A DNA stretch of 63,962 nt, the filler included, from Octopus bimaculoides (Eukaryota), in NCBI RefSeq assembly GCF_001194135.2. It is 10 parts of 9 records of this genome, joined end to end, with 100 filler letters (N's around TTAATTAATTAA, not from the genome) between each part and the next. Parts side by side here need not be neighbours in the genome. Positions count along the whole stretch, not along the records: positions 29,291 to 57,035 come from NC_068988.1; 9 more parts are not named here. One strand, given 5' to 3'. Below the pieces are notes generated by a model that was not told the origin of the DNA, searched no databases, and was given only the letters and a program-made list of their open reading frames with translations. The translations under genes and the position numbers were made by a program. Shown in pieces: positions 35,589-49,058 of the stretch. The first letter of the stretch is position 1. The number at the start of each line of letters is the position of its first letter.

Positions 35589-37391
35589 ATATGTTAACAT
35601 TTTGCTTCGTTTTGCTTCGTAAAATAAGCGCAAAGCTCGTTACATTTGCAGGAAGAGAAGCGTCTATAGTTTAGAATGAACTTTCTAAACTTTAAACCAT
35701 AGAGATAAGGAGCTTGTATCCGTAATGGACTTCGACTTTGTCTCAAATTTGATTTTAGTAACTCCCGCTACGAAACTACTGCCAAGTTGTAGATACACCT
35801 GCGCTCCTGGTGTATGATACTCGTACTAGCTGGATTTGCATACTCAAAATTATTCCCTTGCTCTTTGTATCTCTTTCTACTTTGCTCTGTGGCTTCACAG
35901 CAGAAATATTCCCGTAGTGATATTTCACAAATTTTCTAATAATTCTAACATTATTTTAAGTTTTTCAATGTGCTTCTAAACTCAAAAACAAGAATCTCAT
36001 ATATACCACCAACTCCTTTATTCGAGAAATAATGAAAATATTTCATATCAGACACTAAATTATTATAATTTAGTTATGTGTAAAGTGATAACTTGAATCG
36101 TGTTATTCGGTTCAATGAAACTTTTTTCTGATGTGGTTGTCTAAACGTCTAAATCTTACGTACATAGTTAAATAACATTAGCTCTGTGAAATTGCTTGGG
36201 TCATTGATACAGAAGAATACAATGTTAATTCTGAAGAATGACCTTCTTCTTGTTACAAGTCTTCCAAACATTCTTCGTTTCCACGAGGCGGAAAAAATAA
36301 ATCTTCTCCGAAAACATTTGCACTTAGATGTACCCTGAGTTTTTCTTTCTTCTGCTAACTAACTTAATAGCTAATCCAATTATTTCGATATTTTGAACTA
36401 GAGAAATGTGCCTGCACTCATATCGTTTCAGTTAAATATTTCACTCCTGAATTCCGCAAAACAAAGGTTAAATATTCCACATTAGCTTAATTGTACAGTA
36501 GGAATTTCAAACACCATGCTTTCATAGATGATAGAATCTATCTAAATACGAAATAGATCTATTGTTGTAAATATATATTCGTCAATGATAAGCTATTTAC
36601 AGTTTGGTTTAGGTTTTGCATTTTGAGCGACGATAGATATTTTTCTTTGGAATAAGTACAGGTACATGAATACATATATAGATACACGTGCATAGATGCT
36701 TATATGTCTATACACACATACATATACATATGGATACAAACACATGTATATATGTATATAATGACGTCTATGTGTTTGTGTTATACATATACATAGACAT
36801 ATATACTTGTGTGTGTGTGTGTGAGTATGTATATGTATATATATGTATATATGTGTGTGTGTGTGTGTGTGTGTATACCTATGTTTATGTATATATAGAT
36901 ATAGATAATTTATAATTATATACATAATTATAACAAGTGCTTGACTTGCGCTTTACCACGCACTGAAAAAATAGACGTCAAAGGACACTATTAACACCAT
37001 AAATTCTCCGAGAATAACACATCACATAATAGGCTAGGAATAGAAAGAAAATGAAATAAAACTTTCTGTTAACCGCGTACAAGATCCTGTTTTCAGCTTA
37101 AAGTAAAAATATTACATATTGCCTTCATTAGCGCCGGTATTCCATAGCATAAATTCACGAGAATCCATGAATATGTAAACGAGCTGCAGCTTCGCTCATG
37201 TGGTGTGTTATTCTCGGAGAATTTATGGTGGTAATAGTTCTTTCGACGTCAATTTTTTCAGTGTATTGTAAGGCGCAAGTCAAGCCCTTGTTATAATTAT
37301 GTATATAATTGAAAAATATTTGTAAAATTTACCTATGAGGATTGTATTTCCGCACAGACCACCTGATTAAAAATCATTAATGATTTTTAGC

Positions 37392-37402
37392 CTTTATTAT
37401 TA

Positions 37403-37468
<66 letters not shown>
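37392..37468. repeat. (ATT)n microsatellite
   Basis: Direct reading. Confidence 0.95.
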
Positions 37469-37469
<1 letters not shown>

Positions 37470-39426
37470 ATAAGTCAAATATAAGGTTGGAGAATTAAGG
37501 TTAAGAAAATACGTGTTAAGCACACTATGGAAACCTTATTTCGGGATAAGTTCCAGGTCGTGTGTCCGCGGAGCATGTTCACCACTCATGGCTACCAGGC
37601 ATCATCAGTGATACTTAGAAAACATCTTTGTAATAATTCTAGGAATTCTAGGATGCACGTTGAGTATATATCAAAGACAAAAATAGAAGACAGGATAGAT
37701 GGGCCACGCTTTCGCCGTCCTTGTTCATACTGAAAAAAAATATATATGTATATAGCATCTCATGATGGTAATACTTCCTTACTATTTTATTTGTTTTGGT
37801 CATTGGACTGCACCCATGCTAAGGGCCGTTTAATTGGAAGAGAAAACTTACTATGTCTACCAACACTTTTTCTAAATATTAGCATTCACATTTTTCAAAT
37901 AAATGGGTTTTTAACTCCGGTTGCTATCACTTTGTATTAAGGTAGGACTGATCGAAATATTATTGATTCTAGCAATGGTATCGGAAACAAAGCGCGACCG
38001 AGACACTAATATGCGACATAAACAAGAAATCTAAACGATTTAGTCGCCATAACAGACACAGTATATGTTGTGACAGATTAGCGGAAGCCCAAGAAACAAG
38101 ACAACTTTGTACATGAATTAAATAGAGACAGAGTAACTCCATATTGAGACGTATGTATTTGGATAACATAAAGCAGCTGCATCATACTTTCTACATTAAA
38201 TGCATTAACGAATTCCTGTATTTCTACGGAGAAAGACAGTGTTTAAATAGTTAGAAAATGTTAGTGATTAAATCTCTATTATTAAGAGCATTTAGTTTTT
38301 CCTCTACAAATGAAGTACTATTTAAATCTACTGAATGAAACAGACGCTAACGAACAACTGGTATTCAAAAAATAATAACTAAGAAACGAAGCTATAGACC
38401 AATATAGGTGCATATACAATGTAATAAATACATCAGGTTCTACACCTATTAATGACAGCGAAACCATACACGGCATATTGAATCAATGAAACAAAAGAAT
38501 CAAATACATATTAAGTATACAACAGATGGACTAATTATCAAAAACACATAAAAGAGAAAGCAACATTTTCACTAATAATATGATAAAAGCAAAAAGTAAA
38601 ACTTCCCAACTAATAACTAATCACTGGTCTCTCTTGTGTGCACACGTAAAAAAAAGCTACTAATGACCAATATGATTTACAAATATAATTGCAAACCTAT
38701 AAGTTGTAAACTTCATGACTCAAACATTTCTATTTGCCATAAATTTTCTCGCTTTCTTGTCGGCTTGCTTTGCACTTAGAAGGAGCAATTGCACTGTATT
38801 ACTATGTTGCAAAGTATGCAACAAAACTAGTTAGGAAAAGCATTTGTAGAGAACACAGCAGTTCTGATAGATTAATAAAAAAAAAAAAAAAAGGACTAAT
38901 GATACAGAATTCAGCGTAAATGGAAGTTGAAATATCCATATGTATCTAAGATGTAATAAATATATTCACCCATAAACACGTACAGGCATATTTACGCAGG
39001 CATGTTTAGATACACACATATACATAAGTTAAATATGTATGATATATTTGCAGAACATGGCTGTGAGCACAAATGCATGCATAATATATTTTAGCCAATA
39101 GTTTTAATAACAATTTTCATCGCGTAGTGTATAATCTAGACTATGTGATTTTCATATTTTTAGTTTTATTATTTTAGTTTTATTAACGATGCCCATGCAA
39201 TTTAAATGATAAATGGGCAGTATTTTAGATTAGCCTCTAGTTAGCCTATTGATGTGACAATGCCTTTATAGTCTATGTATTGCAGCATATAAGTTAACTT
39301 ATAGTTTGCTTGTAATGTAGCATGTATCTTCCGTGCAATAGTTTTACCTCCAAATATCGATTGGTTTGGCCTGCTTTTTGTCTATAAATGTTATAACAAT
39401 TTGCTTATTATAGTGCTATGACGAAG

Positions 39427-39476
<50 letters not shown>

Positions 39477-39521
39477 GATGTATATGTATGTATGTAAATA
39501 TATATCTTATATCTTTTACAT

Positions 39522-40059
39522 GTTTCACTCATCTCACAGCGGCCATGCTGGGGCACCGCCTTCAAGAATTTTTAATCGAATGTATCGACACCAGTACTTA
39601 CTTCTTAGAAGCCTGGTACTCATTCTATTGGTCTCTTTTGCCGAATCGATAAGTTACGAGGACGTAAACACACTAGTACCGGTTGTCAAGCGGTGGTGGG
39701 TTAAGAATACAGGCACAAACACACACATAATTATATATATATAAATAATATATTATATATTATATATTATATATACAACTGACACTCAAATAATTAATAT
39801 ATATTATAATATAATATACTATACTGTAAATATAATATAATATAATATAATGCTTTACGCCTTTGATGGAATTTGATTTCTTAGTTTGTTACTTTAATAT
39901 ATAATATATATATATATACATATATACGATGGGCTTTTTAAGTTTCCATCAACCAAGTCCACTCAAACGCTTTGGTCGGCCCGAGGCTATTGTAGAAGAC
40001 ACTTGCCCAAGGTATCATACAGTAGACGTGGTTGGGAAGCAAGCTTCTTACTACACAGC
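39522..40059 (-). mobile_element. SINE family B, near full length, with expanded internal AT-rich tract
   Basis: 3' body at 39522-39725 and 5' part (ggtcggcccgaggctattgtagaagacacttgcccaagg) at 39925-40059. Confidence 0.85.
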
Positions 40060-40882
40060 TTCTTATTACACAGCAGTTGAATCGCTTCAGACGAGTCATA
40101 GGTGTCATCATATTTGTGTATCACTGTGTTTTGTCTTATCTATATTTATATATACAAACATGTGTGTTGCCTCTGCATATTTATATATTCTATATCCACT
40201 ATGTAGTTTTAAAACTTTTTAACACATTGCCATCTTGTCTTTCATGTATTCTACCAGAAATTTCCCAGTTAGACTTGCCATTTCTAACGTTTTCACGCCT
40301 AACGTCTAAAGATTGGTGTCAAAACTATTAGCCGGATACACAATAATTATATTTATAAGTCTAAATCTAGAATCCGGGTTCAGTACTTACAAATATGTCA
40401 TTAATTCGACATTGGTGTTTTCTTTTTCCTCAATCGTTATCATTATCTTCACAATTACCATAAGTATATTACTCCTAAACTCTCAAGCTTGTATTTAAAT
40501 AATTTCTTGAAAAGATCCTTTTACAGACATATTTTTCATATTTGTGAATATACACTCTTAATCAATAAATATTAATGAATATTGATGTCGTCTTTAGGCT
40601 GGAGTCTCCTTTTAATGTGTTAAGTTGCTTGATCGAATTTTGAATCTGGTTGATAACCTGGTGGGCCCTCTTCGTTCTACAAGGTAGGAATCTTTGGTGC
40701 TTCGTTGAAATGTATCCCTTTAATTCTGAAAGCTTCTATCTTCGGACTGCTTCTGTCCGGAACTCCTCCAATGTCTTGTTTTCCTCTGGGCCTACAATAT
40801 TCAGTTTTCTTTACATTTCTCTCTTTCTATAACGTTTGAATTTGTAAACCTCATTTTTCTCTTTCTCTATAGTCCCTTACAC

Positions 40883-41159
40883 CAGTGCTTCTCAAACTAT
40901 CTGATGTGGCGTACAAACAGTGTATTTTTCCAACGTGCCAGGAACCGGTAATATTTCTTAGTAATATTAATTTATACCGGAAGCAATATATATATATATA
41001 TATAGTTGACTATTTTTTTTATATTATATTTATATTATAAACAATACATTACTACATATGCATTTTATAAGTATTTTATAATGTTTCTTTCTTTCCTGGA
41101 AACTCGCCGCATACCGGCAGCTGATGGCTCGCGGACCAGCACCACTTTGCGTAGCACTG
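40883..41159. mobile_element. hAT (Charlie-like) MITE, 277 bp
   Basis: TIRs CAGTGCTTCTCAAA / TTTGCGTAGCACTG (12 of 14 match). 8-bp TSD ccttacac / ccttacgc (7 of 8). Confidence 0.85.
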
Positions 41160-41744
41160 CCTTACGCTACAGTAGATTCAAGCCTTCTTTCAGATGAAAT
41201 CGTTGAGAAAACGCATATTCTTATATATTTATCCAGGGGATAATTTGTTCTGTAGGTTACAATGCGCAAAGTTTGCGACGACAAGGTACAGGATTTGTAG
41301 ATAATATCGTAAAGTAATTTCGAGACAGTTACTTATTTATTCTTGATTATCTTTGTATTAAAAGGTATGTATGATGGTAAGTAGTTATGTATGTCTGTTT
41401 GAATGAATGTATGTATGTTCTTTTCTACATTTAATTATTTGAACTCTTCCTGTAAAAATGTAACTGGTTTCAAAATTGTTACAAATCCTCGCCGTTAGAT
41501 TATAGCTAACAACACAGCGCCACCTTTTGAACGTGAGAGAAGTCTTCCACTTATAGATTGTATTTGTACAGTGCAAGTGAGCTAGTTTATTACTCTTTCT
41601 GAAAACCGTCGCTTTTCCAGATTGTCACTTGGGCATCTACTCACAAAACCAAGCGCACATCTGATTATTGGTATGAATATGATGAGAATACATGTTTGTA
41701 TGTATTTAATTATGCGTTTATGTATGTATATAATGTATGTAAGA

Positions 41745-41785
<41 letters not shown>

Positions 41786-42643
41786 TGCCCTGTGCCTGTG
41801 AAATCTTGCATCCCTGCCGTAAGGCATTANNNNNNNNNNNNNNNNNNNNNNNNNNNNNNNNNNNNNNNNNNNNNNNNNNNNNNNNNNNNNNNNNNNNNNN
41901 NNNNNNNNNNNNNNNNNNNNNNNNNNNNNNNNNNNNNNNNNNNNNNNNNNNNNNNNNNNNNNNNNNNNNNNNNNNNNNNNNNNNNNNNNNNNNNNNNNNN
42001 NNNNNNNNNNNNNNNNNNNNNNNNNNNNNNNNNNNNNNNNNNNNNNNNNNNNNNNNNNNNNNNNNNNNNNNNNNNNNNNNNNNNNNNNNNNNNNNNNNNN
42101 NNNNNNNNNNNNNNNNNNNNNNNNNNNNNNNNNNNNNNNNNNNNNNNNNNNNNNNNNNNNNNNNNNNNNNNNNNNNNNNNNNNNNNNNNNNNNNNNNNNN
42201 NNNNNNNNNNNNNNNNNNNNNNNNNNNNNNNNNNNNNNNNNNNNNNNNNNNNNNNNNNNNNNNNNNNNNNNNNNNNNNNNNNNNNNNNNNNNNNNNNNNN
42301 NNNNNNNNNNNNNNNNNNNNNNNNNNNNNNNNNNNNNNNNNNNNNNNNNNNNNNNNNNNNNNNNNNNNNNNNNNNNNNNNNNNNNNNNNNNNNNNNNNNN
42401 NNNNNNNNNNNNNNNNNNNNNNNNNNNNNNNNNNNNNNNNNNNNNNNNNNNNNNNNNNNNNNNNNNNNNNNNNNNNNNNNNNNNNNNNNNNNNNNNNNNN
42501 NNNNNNNNNNNNNNNNNNNNNNNNNNNNNNNNNNNNNNNNNNNNNNNNNNNNNNNNNNNNNNNNNNNNNNNNNNNNNNNNNNNNNNNNNNNNNNNNNNNN
42601 NNNNNNNNNNNNNNNNNNNNNNNNNNNNNNNNNNNNNNNNNNN

Positions 42644-42690
42644 TGTATAATATGTGGATGATGAAGATTTCTGAGCATACGAGGTTCAAT
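42644..42690 (-). CDS. Candidate protein-kinase exon fragment (alphaC-beta4 region), cut by gap
   Basis: After a cag acceptor: IEPRMLRNLHHPHII, fitting E-x3-L-x2-L-x-H-P-x-I-I. Only 15 codons are visible. Confidence 0.25.
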
Positions 42691-43277
42691 CTGTCCATGT
42701 GGTAAATAGCAAGTCTGACCTCGGAAAATTGCAGCGTTCCATCTTCTAGAAGAGATTTAAAATTCCTTATCGCACTGCGCAACAAAGATACACGCACAAA
42801 CACAAACACGCACTCATGCACACATAAACTTACACACACTCATACACAGAAACACATACACAAAACATGCACACACTCATACATACACACACATGCACTT
42901 TTATTTTCGCATGGGTTTTTGTTTTACGCCTTCAATTCATTAATATCGTGTAAAGATCAGAAGGGTGATACGCAGAGTAAAAGTTTGACAACCATCGCTT
43001 TTACCAATATTTTAATATAGATGTCTCTAATTTCAGTATTTAGTATTCTCCTTAGTTCTCCTCGTTCACACCGCTCGTGTTTATATATATGTGTATGCGT
43101 GTGTGCGTACGTGTATGCCATGTATATTTGTATTCATATATTTATATAAGCATCCACACTCAGAAATGTGCATGAATACATAAACGTGCACATACACATA
43201 CACAAACACACACACACACACAGATACAAATACATACTATATCTGTACAAAGAGAGAGAGAGGGGGTGGGTGAGATT

Positions 43278-43309
<32 letters not shown>

Positions 43310-43553
43310 AATATATTATTTATAAACATATATTTATACTTATATATATATATATGTATATATATANNNNNNNNNNNNNNNNNNNNNNNNNNNNNNNNNN
43401 NNNNNNNNNNNNNNNNNNNNNNNNNNNNNNNNNNNNNNNNNNNNNNNNNNNNNNNNNNNNNNNNNNNNNNNNNNNNNNNNNNNNNNNNNNNNNNNNNNNN
43501 NNNNNNNNNNNNNNNNNNNNNNNNNNNNNNNNNNNNNNNNNNNNNNNNNNNNN

Positions 43554-43586
<33 letters not shown>

Positions 43587-44716
43587 AATATGTATATCTA
43601 GATATGTGTATGTGTATATATATGTATATATGTGTGTGTATGTATATGTGTGTGTTTGTGTGCGTGTGTGCGTGTATCTATTTATATGTAAGATTCAAAT
43701 CTCTCTTAATGAATATTATATGAAAATCAATAATATTCTTTTTATATTTCCGATTAATAAATAATTCTGTTTAATCTACTAATTAGTACTCTATTTATGT
43801 TTCAAGCAATCTAATCCGCTGATTCTATTTAATCTGTTTGTTGCTAGCCTTTCACGCATGTGGAAGTGGGAGTGGGATCGATAAATTATCAGTCAAATCC
43901 TCATGTCTAATATCATTGAATCACTGATGCGCTATTTGCTCTGTCTCCTCTTGTTAAACGTTGTATGTATCGACTCTGGTTCATCTGAAACAGATAGATG
44001 TATTACCACCACCCACCAGATGGTACATCGTTACACAACTGTCGTTGACGAGAGATGCGATTGGCAACTGAGGCGAGTGGGGGGGGGTCCAGGTGACAAC
44101 GATGCAACCTCTACACGTCTGAATAAACCGCATTTGAAATCAAAAGCAGAGTCTCTCAACTTCTTCCTTCAATCATGCACATCTACCATCTTTAAATATC
44201 CTCTACCGAGATGGTTATTCGGGTCCGTACGATAATTAGCTTTTGTGTTTTTAACACAACACATCCCGGTCGAAAACTGCGCTACCTTAATTCTCAGCGG
44301 TGTGTCTACGTTAAGTATGCTATATAGATTGCTATTTTTATTTAGAGTAAAGTTTATTTGCCAACGTGGTATCAGTTTTGATTAGGACGGATGTTGCTGC
44401 TATTTAGCCTCAGGAAAACATCGTCTCGAGCTGGCTAGCGGACCACTAACTTTGTCCTTATATCTTTGAACACGGGAGTTAGTGTCCCCACTCAGCTCAA
44501 AGCAATATCTTCCCTTCATCAGCACAGAATAATTGATTACTGTTTCAATTGTGAGCACAGCGTGGTGGCTGTGGGGACCGGCATGCCAGAGAATATACCG
44601 AATGTCTCCTCTAACTCCCATAAAAGGTGACTAAAAGACGTCGAAGAAGGATTTGCACGCCAACCTCACACAATCCTCACCAGCATGGACTACCCAAACC
44701 AAATCTTTGGTTGGAG

Positions 44717-44770
44717 CAGGGGTTCCCAACCTGGGGTCCGCAAAGTTAGTACTGGGAGTCCGTGAATTAA
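44717..44770. mobile_element. hAT-Charlie-like terminal fragment
   Basis: caggggttcccaacctggggtcc is a typical Charlie-type end. No partner TIR found. Confidence 0.5.
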
Positions 44771-44810
44771 ATTCAAAATTTCATATACATGTATGTACAT
44801 TGATTATATG

Positions 44811-45028
44811 AACCCCAGGGCTAAACATAGAGGGGACAAACAAGGACAGGCAAAGAGGAGATTAAGTCGATTACATCGACCCCAGTGCATAACTGGTACT
44901 TAATTTATCGCCTCCGAAAGGATGAAAAGCAAAGTCGACCGCGGCGGAATTTGAACTCAGAACATAAAAACAAACGAAACACCGCTAAGCATATCGCACG
45001 GCGTGCTAACGTTTCTGCCAGCACGCCG
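44811..45028 (-). mobile_element. SINE family A with alternative 3' tail
   Basis: Body and tail match 16761-16992. Confidence 0.88.
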
Positions 45029-45369
45029 TATTACGACGGACATAATAATAGTACTGTTATAGTTACTTTACTTATTATTATTGTAATTATTGTTGTAATG
45101 GCTATGGACCTCATAATATAATGGAGATATAACAACATAGTTATTGCTGATTTTATTATTTAGCTCCAAATCTTCTTTAATCAAGCCAGCCTATGACAAA
45201 AAATTCTGTGTGCATTCGTCACCCCTTTAAGTGGATACATTGCGATTACTTTACCAAAAGGATTCCTCCTTTATTCAAGACGCTGGTGTAGGATTCGCGG
45301 GAGTTTTAGCTGCTGGCTCTAGCAGCCACGTAGAGGCTCCCCCGTTTTCTCGCAGATAGTGTGGCGAGA

Positions 45370-46830
45370 TACTTCATACGTGATCTATTTGATATATTCT
45401 TGCTTCAACTTCAAAGCAATCTGGTATCTCATATTCCTTCTTTTCATACCAATACTGTTGGATCAATAAGGATAGCGCAGGTCGTAATAATTGACTGAAG
45501 TTAGTTCAATCGATTAAACACCTTGCTTCCATAGTTAGCATCGAACCTTCTCATAATAAATATATTTGACCTGGTATTGCAGTGGTTGTAGTTGAAGTTG
45601 TTGGCATATGAGTTGCAATCATATTCACAATGATAGTACTTTCGCCATTGTAACGAGGATATCTTTTCCCCCGACACGCTTTGCTCTGATTTAAGGAAAA
45701 TTTGGTTGCGATATCTGGCCGGTCGCATAAGCACATAAAAAATTCTTTCATTAAACCCTTCATATTGATGTTGATTTTGTTGACAGTCGTGACGCTGATG
45801 TTCGTGGTAGTCGAATGTATTTTTTGTTGATGTTTCAGATCTTCAACCCTAGGTCAATCGAGAGCAAGCAGATGGTTAAATTCATTCCAGCTCTCGCCAT
45901 CCCATCCTACATTCAGAGTTGGTCTTTGTTAATCAAGAACCACGTTACCTAATCTATATTTTAATTATTGCAGTAGGGTGTGTGATTCAAGAAAGACTGG
46001 TTTCTAATTACAAGATCTTGCAACAAGGTTGAAGGCTCGTCATTAGCTCGTTGATGCTGTTGTCGTTATTGTCACTTGTGTTGTTGTGTTGGTGCTGGTG
46101 GTAGTGACATCGGTGGTAGCTATGGTGATAGTAATGATGGTAGGGGTGGTGTAGCTGGTGGTGATGATTGTGGTAGTGTTCGTGGTGAGTGTCGAAGCCT
46201 CACCCAGCAGATCTGTGAAAATGTTGTTCCAGATGTGGCCATATCACTTATTAATAGATACGTATGGATATGTTTGGTATGCTAATATTATCTAAACTTT
46301 AGGCGTAGGCTTCTATTTTGAGATGGATTTTACTGCTATTTCTCGATGGCCTACTGTCTAGATCAATGCTCTTTTATTGGCTTCCCTAAAACAGCGTTAA
46401 CCAGCAGTGTTCCGAACGTGACCATCTCCCTTGCTTATACATACACTTGCATATATCAAATATATGTCATCTAACGCATCTGTCAATTTTTAAATACATT
46501 TTAGTGATTTAAGGTGGATTTTGTTGCTATTTCTAGCAGGTTTAATGGCTACATAGCTGCTCCTTTATTGGCTCCTATCATACAACGTTAACTATGTGAC
46601 TATGATTCATATGGTCCCTTCTGTATATTCTTGTCTCGAGTTCAAAAGCAATCTCGTCTAATATTCTTTCCTTTCATATCAACGCAACTGGATCAATAAC
46701 GGCATTGCATGTCATAATAATTGACTTCACTCAATTCAATCGATTAAACACCTTACTTCCATAGTTAGCAATGAACCTTCTGCTAGTAAATGTATTTGTC
46801 CTGGAATTGCTGCAGTTGTAACTGCCATCG
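45370..46830. repeat. Local direct duplication (~230 bp copies at 45370-45600 and 46600-46830, offset ~1230)
   Basis: Shared ttcaatcgattaaacacctt.cttccatagttagca, caaagcaatct, ggatcaataa and taataattgact. Confidence 0.85.
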
Positions 46831-47525
46831 TTGTGTGGTCTTTTTTTATTATTCTTTTTTATAGCTGAAGTAACGGCAGCAGCACGACAATCGCAAAATA
46901 TATTCGTCAGCATGATACTAAACCTGTTATTTTTCTTTTGACTGAGGTATCTAATTGAACAGAGTTTTGTTTCATCTTTATAACACAAGAAACATATATA
47001 GATTGGTGTCGATGGCTGACTCTGGAAAAATACGTTAGCGTCGGCCAAACAAAGGTATATGAATGACTGTACATAATGCATACATACACCAAACGCTACC
47101 ACTCCAAATTTTACACACACATACGTGGGAATGTCTGGTTTCATTTACAGACAAGAAGAAAAACTACTCAATACAGAAGAAGAGGATGAATAAATATTTG
47201 CAGTAGTAATGAGGTTAATCTAAATTACTAATCAAAGTTTGGTGAATGATGTAGAACGTGTAACTGATTTAAATGTAAAACAATTGGTGATTAGTCATTG
47301 AAAACTGTATAAACTTCTCCCAAGACACTTCACTAAAACAGAAAAGAAATATATTAAAGCAACCTTTTACAAATAGTCTATAAACATTGCATAGTTGTAT
47401 ATTCATACATAAATTCAAATAAAATGCAGAGTGTATGTCACACATACACACACAGACACACACAAGCACTTACCTGTACATAAGGTAGGAAAACATTATA
47501 GGCATACACAACCACACGTGCGCAG

Positions 47526-47568
<43 letters not shown>

Positions 47569-48863
47569 NNNNNNNNNNNNNNNNNNNNNNNNNNNNNNNN
47601 NNNNNNNNNNNNNNNNNNNNNNNNNNNNNNNNNNNNNNNNNNNNNNNNNNNNNNNNNNNNNNNNNNNNNNNNNNNNNNNNNNNNNNNNNNNNNNNNNNNN
47701 NNNNNNNNNNNNNNNNNNNNNNNNNNNNNNNNNNNNNNNNNNNNNNNNNNATATATATGCATATACATTTGTATGCGGAGGGGTAGACATACACACAGAG
47801 AGGTTAATGAAAGGGAGTTAAATAAATGAGAGGGAATGACAGACTCGTTTAAATATATAGGTTTACTGATACTTATCTCAGCCTTCATCACTCCCTCTCA
47901 CTCTCTCTCCCTCCTTCTTCCTCTCTCTCTCTCTCTCTATTTATCTGTCTATATCTTTCATATGTACATATGAGTGCGTGTGTCGGCGCAATCGCATATT
48001 TATACAAAGGTAAATATGCTTTTAGCTTGTACATGTATATATATACACACAAAGACACACACAATGAAAGAGAAAAGAGAGAATTAGATAGAGATATAAT
48101 AGTAGAGAGAGAATGCAGAGAGAGTGACTTTTCCACTTTACCTAAGTTCTTGCAGTTAATAACAAGAATAATTTATATTCTGCCAGAGTCCCCATGGAAT
48201 AGAAACGATAGTTTAAAGAGGAGACATGTACATTAGCTCAACATAAACGTTCCACATCTTTGGCCACAGGCAACCAGCAGCATATCACGCACAAAGTATA
48301 TTCTTTATAGATAGGAGAAACTGTGAAATAAAGAGAGAATTCTTGTTGTTGTTTAATGCGTTTATTTTTGCTTTATCATTGAAAGTAGCTTATTTACATA
48401 TATTTGTGCCTGTCCGGAGACATTCTAAACCATGTTGTATACAAGTATATGACATTTGGCATTTTATAGAAGTTAATGTTATGAGGTAGTTATATAATTT
48501 CTGAGGTAAAACCGAAGAAAGCTATCGTAATAAGAATCATGAACGACGTCATCGTGGTTTTCCTCCGCCTTCTCCTACTCTTGCCCCTCTTCCTCCAACC
48601 ACTACTCCTCCTCCTCCTTTTCTTATTGCCATCACCACCATCATCATCATAAGTGTGATCATCTAAACACTTTTCGCCACATGTAAATAGTCGCAGACTT
48701 AATTATATTCTAAGAACATTTACTTACAGACACGTAGTTCTAATTTTCCCTATTGGTAAATCTTTTTCTCTGTGAGATGTCTAAGTTCAAGAAGGGGGAT
48801 TTTTACCAAGTGTTCTCACACGCATCAGCGCATTCTATAACTGGTTCATATATCCAACTTGTA

Positions 48864-49058
48864 GGCGCGTACCTTAGTGTTGGACTCATGATCGTAAGGT
48901 TCTGGTTTTGATTACTGGACCGAACGAATCGCTGAACACATTTCACGTTGTCTCCGTCCAATCAGCTGGTGAATATGAGTAAAACCGCGATGGACCGACG
49001 TTCGTTCCAGGTGGGGGACATATACTCAATGAAACCGGGAAACTAAACCTTACGAGCT
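48864..49058 (+). mobile_element. tRNA-derived SINE, family C, diverged
   Basis: ggcgcgtaccttagtgttggactcatgatcgtaagg...tttcacgttg...cagctgg...gcgatggac...ccaggtgggga...gaaaccgggaaac. Confidence 0.65.

Noticed and set aside
41800-41830. MPYG peptide recalling receptor tyrosine kinase LMPYG, across the gap from the kinase-like exon
   Set aside because: Continues into non-kinase sequence with no donor site, so likely chance.
43903-44235. 110-aa ORF with a hydrophobic N-terminus
   Set aside because: No recognisable domain, and no consistent splice model on either strand.
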